Shown here in pieces: positions 56,794 through 64,000 of a stretch of DNA of 64,000 nt. The number at the start of each line of letters is the position of its first letter. The first letter of the stretch is position 1. Location: contig JAWAWX010000001.1 in NCBI GenBank assembly GCA_038897215.1, positions 960,001-1,024,000 of the forward strand, in the 5' to 3' direction. The position numbers and the translations under genes are program-made. This stretch comes from Acidilobaceae archaeon. GTDB lineage: Archaea; Thermoproteota; Thermoprotei_A; Sulfolobales; Acidilobaceae. The notes below the pieces were generated by a model that saw only the letters and a program-made list of their open reading frames with translations, ran no database searches and had not been told where the DNA came from.

Positions 56794-57414
56794 CTACCTC
56801 TTCTCCTCCTCGAGGTAGAAGCCTAGAGCTTCCTCCACTACTCTCCTATCGTAGCTGACTGAGAATCTCTCAGCGATCTCCTCTATCTTCTCGAGTAGTC
56901 TCGAGGGCTCGCGAGAGCTCTCTCCAAGCTCTCTCAAGGCTAGAGCGTAGAGGGTCTCGACGAGAGACCAAGGATAGAAGATCCAGACCCATCTCTCCAG
57001 CCTCTCAACATAGTAGTCTGGAGTGTAGAACGAGGAGCTCTTGAGATGAATCACTGCTGTTCTAACCTCTTGAGCCCCCATGGCTTTAACGGCTTCGGCC
57101 ACCTCTGCTAGAGTCTTCCCGGTATCGGCTACCTCGTCTACGATGAGAACTTTCTTGCCTCTAACAGCCTCGGGTGGCGGCTGCTCTATCCGCGGCTTCT
57201 CGTAGAGCTCTCTAGCTACACCCCAGTGCTTCACTCTAACAGCGTAGAACTCCGGGACGTTCAAGACATCGCTGATCACGAGAGCTGGGAGCACACCTCC
57301 TCTGAGAACAGCGACTAGAGCATCTGGCTTGAACCCGGACTCAGCTACGCGCAACGCTAGCCTGTAGCAGTAGTCCACGACGTCGCTCCAAGATAGGTAG
57401 ACGACCTCAGCCAC
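56794..57414 (-). CDS. Purine phosphoribosyltransferase (type I)
   Basis: YLSW, VAVLRGG..PA, VLIVDEVADTGKT, PDYY, W..YPW. Confidence 0.9.
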   Translation of the reverse strand: MAEVVYLSWSDVVDYCYRLALRVAESGFKPDALVAVLRGGVLPALVISDVLNVPEFYAVRVKHWGVARELYEKPRIEQPPPEAVRGKKVLIVDEVADTGKTLAEVAEAVKAMGAQEVRTAVIHLKSSSFYTPDYYVERLERWVWIFYPWSLVETLYALALRELGESSREPSRLLEKIEEIAERFSVSYDRRVVEEALGFYLEEEKR

Positions 57415-57450
57415 GCTTCCACTCTCTCAGAGAGAGAGTCTAGGTTAAGC

Positions 57451-57903
57451 CTATATGTCTACGACGAATCTCAGAGTCCAGCAACCTCTCTCCTCGACTA
57501 CGCTCATCTGAGCATAGGTCATAGCCTTGACTAGAGTCTTGCTGGGGTGACGCTCGGGGTCGAAGACTTCTCCCCAAGCGCGAGCTCTTAGCCTCATGGA
57601 GTCACCCGATGCCTCGACTCGCTCGACTTCGAACCTGGAGAACAAGAGCCTGCTCTCATCCGTCTTAACAAGGAGGCTCTCGATCCACTTGTAGACCAGG
57701 TTTAGGAGGTCGAAGCCCTCGGCTTCGACTTCCACCTCTACTCTATGCTCTACTCTACTGGTATCCGTCATAACCTCGTAGACTCCTAGAGCAGCCTGCT
57801 CTAGAGCCTCCGATAGGCTCCTACCTTTAGCCTCTATCAGGACGTCTGCCGTGTGCTCTAGGTGTCTAAAGCCGGGCTCGCACTTCTCCAAAGCCTTCTC
57901 CAC
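57451..57903 (-). CDS. Archease
   Basis: HTADV, GE.FD...H...VKAMTY..M, FVVDI C-terminus. Confidence 0.95.
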   Translation of the reverse strand: MEKALEKCEPGFRHLEHTADVLIEAKGRSLSEALEQAALGVYEVMTDTSRVEHRVEVEVEAEGFDLLNLVYKWIESLLVKTDESRLLFSRFEVERVEASGDSMRLRARAWGEVFDPERHPSKTLVKAMTYAQMSVVEERGCWTLRFVVDI

Positions 57904-57933
57904 CCCCCAGGAGCCTCTACTTCTCTATGAGAG

Positions 57934-58449
57934 CTAGGCTTTATCGAGAACTCTCCTCACTCTAGCCGAGCACTTAGAGCAGAATCTTGCAGGCTTCTCG
58001 TCTACCTCGAGTAGATTGTTGCTGAACCTCATGACGCACTCGTTATAGCAGTGCTCTAATCCTAGAAGGTGGCCGAGCTCGTGGAGAACCTCTTTCACAA
58101 GCCTTTCCAGAAACCTCTCAGGCTCTATCTCAGCCAGTCTTGCCGTGTACACACTCGCTACTCTCTTCTCCACGCTCGCTAAGCCAAAGACGAAGTTTAA
58201 ACCCTCGTAGTAAGCGTCTCCAGCACAGACTGCTACCACGAGCCTAGACGGGTTCTCTAGGTAGAGTGAGAGAGCTCTAGCCACCTCCTCGTTCACCTCC
58301 CAAGACTTGAGCTGACCTCTGCTCCAGTCGAAGACCCTCCTGTAGTCTAGCTTGAGGGGTGTGAGTGAGACTCTGACTCTAACTCCTGGCTCGAGAGCTC
58401 TCTCCAGAGCTCTCTTCACGTGGTCGAGTATCTGGGGGTGGACTCCCAC
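57934..58449 (-). CDS. amzA: Archaemetzincin zinc protease
   Basis: LNFVFGLA, KE.LHELGHLLGLEHC...CVMRFSN...VD.K...FC..C. Confidence 0.93.
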   Translation of the reverse strand: MGVHPQILDHVKRALERALEPGVRVRVSLTPLKLDYRRVFDWSRGQLKSWEVNEEVARALSLYLENPSRLVVAVCAGDAYYEGLNFVFGLASVEKRVASVYTARLAEIEPERFLERLVKEVLHELGHLLGLEHCYNECVMRFSNNLLEVDEKPARFCSKCSARVRRVLDKA

Positions 58450-58477
58450 TGGCTGGAGTAAGACCTCTAGAGGCGTC

Positions 58478-59341
58478 CTAAGACACCTCCTTCAAAGAGC
58501 TGACTATGAGTCTACCTAGCTCTCTAGCTTGAGAGCTAGGAGAGTCTAGGAGAGCGTAGGCTGCGAGCATGAATGCCCCTCTCTCAGCGTAGACCTTGAA
58601 CTCATCGAGGTAAAGCCCTCTGAGTAGCGTGCCCCAGAGAGACCCGGCTGTGCTGGGAGCACCTATTCTAGCGTCGTCGAGAGTAAAGCTTCTCTCTATG
58701 AATACATCCGAGTCTAGAGGCCCCTCTGGGTACTCGGCTACAGTCTTCTCCAGGCTCTCTCTCCTGTTGATGCTGAGTAAAGCTATGGGGTGCACTCCTC
58801 TCCTCTTAGCGTTGAGTAGAGCTACGCGAGGAGCTCCTCTATGCAAGTCCGCTACTCTACTCCTACCAGGGAACTTGGTGAGCTCCTCTAAAACCCACAA
58901 CGCTACACTACACCTAGCCGCTACTACCGTAGTAGCTACCAGCCCGTTAGGCAACACTGGGGATGAGACATCGTAGTCCTCGAGACTAGCTACTAGGTGG
59001 TCGAGGAGAGCGTGCTCTAGATACGGCATGTCGTTAGGCAACACTAGAGCTTTATCGCAGACACTGCTCCGCAGAGCTCCAAGCACTCCAGCTAGCGGAC
59101 CGGATAGCCTAGAGTCGTCGAGAACACTCCTGACCCCTAGCTCTCTCTCGTATAGTAGAGCTCTCTCCCTATCTCTAACAGCTACCACAACCTCATCCGC
59201 TACTCTCGCAGCCTTATCTATAACATGTGCTATCATAGGCTTCCCTCTGATAGGGTAGAGAGCCTTATCGACCCACCCCTCTCCCTCTATCTGGAACCTC
59301 CTAGAGGCTCCGCCCGAGAGGACTACGGCTATGACCTTCAA
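58478..59341 (-). CDS. mobA: Molybdenum cofactor guanylyltransferase
   Basis: VVLSGG.SRRF...DKA, GPLAG, LPNDMP. Confidence 0.85.
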   Translation of the reverse strand: MKVIAVVLSGGASRRFQIEGEGWVDKALYPIRGKPMIAHVIDKAARVADEVVVAVRDRERALLYERELGVRSVLDDSRLSGPLAGVLGALRSSVCDKALVLPNDMPYLEHALLDHLVASLEDYDVSSPVLPNGLVATTVVAARCSVALWVLEELTKFPGRSRVADLHRGAPRVALLNAKRRGVHPIALLSINRRESLEKTVAEYPEGPLDSDVFIERSFTLDDARIGAPSTAGSLWGTLLRGLYLDEFKVYAERGAFMLAAYALLDSPSSQARELGRLIVSSLKEVS

Positions 59342-61305
59342 CTCTCCCAGACCACTGAAGCGTAGTCCTCGGGGATTCTGTAGCCCGGTAGCTTCTCGAC
59401 CTCTCTCCGCGACTCCTCAAGAGCCTCTAGGAACCTCCTGACAGCAGGGCTCTCCAGCCTGCTCTTGGGTATCAGGAAGTCGTAGAGCTCCCAGCCTAGG
59501 CTCACGAAGTCTAAGCCGTAGAGCTCCGCAGCGATCCTGGTAGCCACTCCAGCGCTAGCTCTCCCTTGAGCTACGATAGCAGCTACAGCTGTGTGAGTTG
59601 AGACCTCGTAAGTGTAGCCCTCGACGCTCCTCGCTAGCGTAGCGAAGTCTACTCCCATCTTTTCAGCGAGCTTTCTCAACATGTAGTCTATCAGAGTCCT
59701 CGTGCCAGAGCCCTTGTTCCTATTAACTATCCTCAGCTTCTTAGACACCACGTCCTCGAAGCTACTGACCCCGTGGGGGTTCCCCTTAGGCACAACAATC
59801 CCCTGCTCTCTCAAAAAGCCTCTGACTAAGACAGCGTTCTTGACCCCGAGCTTCTCCAATACTGGGATGTTATACTCGCCCGTCTCCGGGTCGAAGAGAT
59901 GGAGCCCCGAGATGTCCGAGTCTCCTCTAGAGACTGCCTCCACTCCTCCCAGAGACCCCACGTAGAGAGTCTTGACTCTACGCCCTAGCTTGGGTACTAT
60001 GATGGAGTCTAGAGCTATATCGTGGCTCCCTATTACGTAGAGCTCTGCCGGCTTGTAGACGGGAGAGTAGAGAGTAGCCTCCACCTCCTCTCCTACATCG
60101 AGATACTCTACGTCCTCCCCCACTGATATGTAGCCCTCAGCTACGCTTAGAGCTCTCACAGCGCCAGAGTCCGCTGGGATGGGGTACGCTACTATCTCGT
60201 CTCCACGCTTGACTAAACTCACGGGGACTAGGGCTCTCCTCCCCTTTGCTCCCTCGACTCTCCTAGCTAGCCTTGCTCTGACAACGGGGGGCTCCTCGTC
60301 TATGCAGAGCCCTCTCCTGATAGCTGGCTTGACTATCAGATTGAATATAGTCAATGCTGCCCCAGGGTGGCCTGGAAGACCGAAGATCATCTTCCCCGAG
60401 TTCGTTACAGCTATCAGAGTAGGCTTCCCCGGCTTGACTAGAAGCCCGTGAGCTATAATCTTAGCTGAGTCTATGCTCTCAACTACTCTGTAGACGTAGT
60501 CAGTGGGTCCTGCTGAAGTGCCTCCAGACACGATCACTATATCGTTCTCTCTCAATGCTCTATCGATGGCTGACGAGATAGCCTCAAAGCTGTCTTCAAC
60601 AATACCCACGACATTAGGCTCTGCTCCGACCTCGAGAAGCCCTGCTGTGACCGAGTACGTGTTCACATCGTAGACCTTCCCCGGAGAGAGAGCCGAGCCG
60701 GGCTCGATGAGTTCCACTCCCGTCGATATAACAGCTACTCTAGGCTTCTTGAAGACTCTGACTCCTCTACGCCCTACTGCTGCTAGAACTGCTATCTCTC
60801 TCTCCCCTAGCCTAGTACACTTCCTCAAAACCAGGTCTCCTAGAGAGACGTCTGAGCCTATCTTAGCCGTGTTCTCTCCCGGAGCTACGCTCTTGTACAC
60901 TAAGACTTCTTCGCCTACTCTCTTAGTGTACTCTATCATGACTACCGAGTCAGCTCCCGGGGGGAGAGGAGCGCCCGTATCTATCTCCACAGCCTCGCCG
61001 TGCTTGACCTCTACTCGAGGCCACTCTCCCACCTTAATAGACCCGACGACTCTCAGCTTTCTAGGCGCTACCTCTGAGGCATGGCTGAGGTCTAGAGACC
61101 TGACCGCGTAGCCGTCTACCGTAGACCTGGTGAATGGAGGATAGTCTACCTTGGAGTAGACGTCCTCAGCTAGGATTCTCCCGTAGGCTCTGTGTAGCTC
61201 TACCTCCTCTACTCCCCACGCTCCCGGCTTGACGTACTCCATGAGTCTAGCTAGAGCCTCCTCGGGCTTGAGGAGAACGTGGAATATCCTCCTCTCCGAG
61301 CTCAC
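59338..61305 (-). CDS. moeA: Molybdopterin metal insertase MoeA fused to C-terminal PBP domain
   Basis: PPF.RSTVDGYA, TGAPLP.GADSVVM.E, SGGTSAG..D, KPGKP, GLPG; PBP domain GSHD, VGSLGG, NRN.GSGTR. Confidence 0.93.
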   Translation of the reverse strand: MSSERRIFHVLLKPEEALARLMEYVKPGAWGVEEVELHRAYGRILAEDVYSKVDYPPFTRSTVDGYAVRSLDLSHASEVAPRKLRVVGSIKVGEWPRVEVKHGEAVEIDTGAPLPPGADSVVMIEYTKRVGEEVLVYKSVAPGENTAKIGSDVSLGDLVLRKCTRLGEREIAVLAAVGRRGVRVFKKPRVAVISTGVELIEPGSALSPGKVYDVNTYSVTAGLLEVGAEPNVVGIVEDSFEAISSAIDRALRENDIVIVSGGTSAGPTDYVYRVVESIDSAKIIAHGLLVKPGKPTLIAVTNSGKMIFGLPGHPGAALTIFNLIVKPAIRRGLCIDEEPPVVRARLARRVEGAKGRRALVPVSLVKRGDEIVAYPIPADSGAVRALSVAEGYISVGEDVEYLDVGEEVEATLYSPVYKPAELYVIGSHDIALDSIIVPKLGRRVKTLYVGSLGGVEAVSRGDSDISGLHLFDPETGEYNIPVLEKLGVKNAVLVRGFLREQGIVVPKGNPHGVSSFEDVVSKKLRIVNRNKGSGTRTLIDYMLRKLAEKMGVDFATLARSVEGYTYEVSTHTAVAAIVAQGRASAGVATRIAAELYGLDFVSLGWELYDFLIPKSRLESPAVRRFLEALEESRREVEKLPGYRIPEDYASVVWES

Positions 61306-62573
61306 TCCTCCACACCTCTGTAGAGGTATACCTCCACTACCTCCCCCTCATCGTACCCCTCTCTAGTCTCAGGGACTACTAGGAGACCGTTCCCTCTCAC
61401 TAGAGTGCTGAGCACTCCGCTACCTGTGACTGCGAGAGGCTCAACGTATACCCCCCCGTCTCCGCTCCTGAATACCCTTACTCTCACATAGCTTCTCACA
61501 TTGTAGGGGGTTGTGACTCTCCTGAGCAAGACTCCCGAGACTACGGGTCTCGGCTCGCTTTGAGCGCTCACCATGTGGTTGAGGATAGGCTCTACTAGCG
61601 CCTCGAATCCAACGATCGCAGCTACGGGGAACCCGCTCAGAATGAAGACGGGCTTCCCGTTGACTACGGCTATGCTGTTAGCTCTACCTGGTCTCATGAG
61701 CACTCCGTGGGCTATGTACTCGGGGTTCAGCTTTGAGACCGCTGACACTGTGACGTCTACTCTGCCGACTGAGGCTCCTCCGAGAGTCACTACTGCGTCG
61801 TAGCTCGAGAGAGCTCCTCTAACAGTCTCCAAGACCGCGGCCTCGTCGTCTGGAAGAAGCCCCATGTAGACTGGAGTGAAGCCTAGCCTCTCTATCATAG
61901 CGGTTATAGCGAACCTGTTCGAGTTCACTACCTTGCCCTCACTGTAGACTCTAACCGGGTCCTCTACGTCCTCCAGCTCTACCAGCTCGCTACCTATACT
62001 GACTACTGCTACCCTGAGGTCGTAGACTTTGACTCGCTTAAGCCCCATAGCCGCGATTATAGCGAGATCCCAGGGCTGTAGCCTAGCTCCTCTCCTGAGG
62101 AGAACCTCCCCTTCTCTGAAATCCTCCCCCACGATAGACACGTTGGCGCCCGGGGCTACTGCTGAGTATACCTCCACCTCGCTCTCGCTAACTCTCCTAG
62201 TGTTCTCGTACATGACAACTGAGTCAGCGTCCTCAGGTAGGCAGGCACCCGTGGAGACCTCGACTGCCTCCCCTGCTCTCAGCTTCACACTAGGCTTGTC
62301 GCCGACTCTAATGAAGCCAACGACCTTGAGTCTAGCCGGGTTGTAGAGGCTAGAGCCTACAGTGTCTACGCTACGAACAGCGTAGCCGTCGACTAGGCTT
62401 CTTCTACACGTAGGGAGGCTGAAGGAGGGGATGAGGTCTTCGGCTAAGATTTTGCCGAGTGCTTTCTCGAGAGGTATCTCGACTACTGGAGGTTTGTGGG
62501 TCACTCTCCTCTTAGCGTCCTCGACGACCTCCACTACGCTCTTGAACTTCTTGAAGCCTCCTGGAGAGCTCAA
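61302..62573 (-). CDS. moeA: Molybdopterin metal insertase MoeA
   Basis: RSLVDGYA, TGA.LP..ADSVVMYE, GGASVG..D, RPG, LSGFPVAA, GSG.LS. Confidence 0.93.
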   Translation of the reverse strand: MSSPGGFKKFKSVVEVVEDAKRRVTHKPPVVEIPLEKALGKILAEDLIPSFSLPTCRRSLVDGYAVRSVDTVGSSLYNPARLKVVGFIRVGDKPSVKLRAGEAVEVSTGACLPEDADSVVMYENTRRVSESEVEVYSAVAPGANVSIVGEDFREGEVLLRRGARLQPWDLAIIAAMGLKRVKVYDLRVAVVSIGSELVELEDVEDPVRVYSEGKVVNSNRFAITAMIERLGFTPVYMGLLPDDEAAVLETVRGALSSYDAVVTLGGASVGRVDVTVSAVSKLNPEYIAHGVLMRPGRANSIAVVNGKPVFILSGFPVAAIVGFEALVEPILNHMVSAQSEPRPVVSGVLLRRVTTPYNVRSYVRVRVFRSGDGGVYVEPLAVTGSGVLSTLVRGNGLLVVPETREGYDEGEVVEVYLYRGVEE

Positions 62574-62614
62574 GCTGAAGTCACCGAGGAGTAATCTATG
62601 GGAATCAGTTACCC

Positions 62615-62624
62615 TAATATATTA
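62615..62624. promoter_or_regulatory. Palindromic TATA-like element in moeA/encapsulin divergent spacer
   Basis: Perfect palindrome TAATATATTA. Confidence 0.45.
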
Positions 62625-62685
62625 ACAGCCTCTACGGAGAGCTTAATACCCAGCCTGAGCGATCTAGAGCTTTGAGGCGGTCTCA

Positions 62686-63735
62686 GTGTTCGCCCGACAT
62701 CCTCTAGAGTCTAGAGAGAGCAGGATATCTAGGAGTAGACTCGCCGAGGCTCTCAGGCTATCAATGATGGCTGAGCTAGACGCTATAAACATGTATCTCC
62801 AGTTCGCTGAAGCCTTGGAGGACGAGAGGTTCAGGAAGCTCTTCCTCGACGTGGCCAGAGAGGAGAAGACCCACCTGGGAGAGTTCCTGGCTGCTCTAAG
62901 AGAGGTCGATGAGGAGCAGGCGAGAGAACTCGAAGAAGGCTATAGAGAGGCGGCTGAGCTACTGGGAGCTAGAGTCGAGGGAGAGCGCTCGACCGAGAAT
63001 CCTTCAGCGAGAGCTCTAGACCCCGAGAGTCTAGCGAGAGAGCTGGAGAAGAGTTCTAGAGAGGCTCTCGAGAAGCTGAGAGTCTTCAGGAAGCACATCC
63101 CCGTAGTCAGAGTACCGCCGGGAACTCTAGCTGTGCCCGTGAGGCAGGACCTTGAAGAGCTGGCTCGGCTAACAGAGATATCGGATAAGATCCGCTTATC
63201 TAAGCTAGCTCTAGAAGCCTCCGGCTTAGCTAACACCACGCTGTACGCTGAAGAGGTCTGGAGAGCTGCGAGAGAGATAGCGAGAAGAGAGAACACTCTA
63301 ATACTCGACTCTCTGAGAGAGCGAGCACGCGTCAAGACGAGCAGGAGAAGCTGGGACACGCCGGGAGAGGCCTTGGAGGACGTTGCCTCAGCTCTGGCAG
63401 AGCTCTTGAGGAATGGAGCAGTACCGCCATTCATCCTAGTCCTGAGTCCCGCTACGTACGCTAAGCTGGTTGCTGTTCACGAGAAGACGGGAGTCCTGGA
63501 GGTAGAGAGAGTCAGAGCTCTCGTAGGAGAGATCGTGGTCTCTCCGGAGGCGGGAGACTACGTGATCCTAGCGTCAGCAAACCCCGCTGTTCTCGACCTC
63601 GTGGTTGGAGCGGATGGAGACGTAGAGTTCCTAGGCCCCGAGAACGGACACTACGTCTACAGGCTACGCGAGACTATAGCTCTCAGAGTGAAGAGCCCCG
63701 AGTGTGTAGCCGTGCTCGAGAGTAAGCGGGGATGA
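62686..63735 (+). CDS. Family 1 encapsulin fused to N-terminal ferritin-like (Flp) cargo domain
   Basis: Flp AELDAINMY.Q...DVAREEK.H.GE; HK97-fold shell A..IARREN..I, PF.LVLSP..Y..L, DLVVG.D..V.FLG, ET.ALRVK.P..V. Confidence 0.88.
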   Translation: MFARHPLESRESRISRSRLAEALRLSMMAELDAINMYLQFAEALEDERFRKLFLDVAREEKTHLGEFLAALREVDEEQARELEEGYREAAELLGARVEGERSTENPSARALDPESLARELEKSSREALEKLRVFRKHIPVVRVPPGTLAVPVRQDLEELARLTEISDKIRLSKLALEASGLANTTLYAEEVWRAAREIARRENTLILDSLRERARVKTSRRSWDTPGEALEDVASALAELLRNGAVPPFILVLSPATYAKLVAVHEKTGVLEVERVRALVGEIVVSPEAGDYVILASANPAVLDLVVGADGDVEFLGPENGHYVYRLRETIALRVKSPECVAVLESKRG

Positions 63736-63739
63736 GTTC

Positions 63740-64000
63740 TTGCCTGGAGCCTCGATGGTAGACGTCACGGAGAAGCCTGTGAGCCTGAGAGAGGCGGTAG
63801 CTAGAGGCAGGGTATTGCTGAAGCCTGAGACAGTGAAGCTGATCAGGGAGAGGAGAGTAGAGAAGGGTGATGTTGAGAGCGTGGCATCAGTAGCAGCTAT
63901 ACTTGCTGTTAAGAGAACACCCGAGATTATACCTCTCTGCCACCCCATCCCCATAACCCACGTTAGCGTAGACTTCTCCTATGGAGAGGACTACGTGGAG
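63740..64000 (+). CDS. moaC: Cyclic pyranopterin monophosphate synthase MoaC (5' part; runs off window; not in ORF track)
   Basis: MVDVTEK....REAVARG, KGDV, AVKRTPEIIPLCHPIP. Confidence 0.95.
   Translation, partial: MPGASMVDVTEKPVSLREAVARGRVLLKPETVKLIRERRVEKGDVESVASVAAILAVKRTPEIIPLCHPIPITHVSVDFSYGEDYVE

Overview
A gene-dense 64 kb stretch of core chromosome from a thermophilic archaeon, most consistent with Thermoproteota (Desulfurococcales/Acidilobales-like). Supporting signs: archaeal ribosomal proteins (eL32, eL19), TBP, Rpo12, TFB paralogues, a split MetRS, and GC-rich intron-less tRNAs with encoded CCA. It contains a fragment of the spc ribosomal cluster, four aminoacyl-tRNA synthetases (His, Met, Gly, Val), ppsA, a four-subunit 2-oxoacid:ferredoxin oxidoreductase operon, TmcA and TrmI, pelota, an ABC-2 exporter, TldD/PmbA, a Mo/W-cofactor cluster, a ferritin-like/encapsulin fusion and five tRNAs. 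I saw no transposon, integrase, CRISPR array or rRNA. Best leads: (1) a stand-alone GGDEF-fold protein with a variant GTEEA signature, divergent from tbp; (2) a small two-TM protein resembling eukaryotic DPM2, coupled to a DUF1464 kinase-fold gene; (3) unannotated box C/D guide sRNA candidates, one complementary to a tRNA-Gly in this window; (4) a decayed TFB pseudogene in a compositionally distinct left end; (5) an encapsulin gene embedded in the Moco cluster; (6) strong CTAG enrichment across the window. All family assignments come from motif recognition by eye; no database searches were run.
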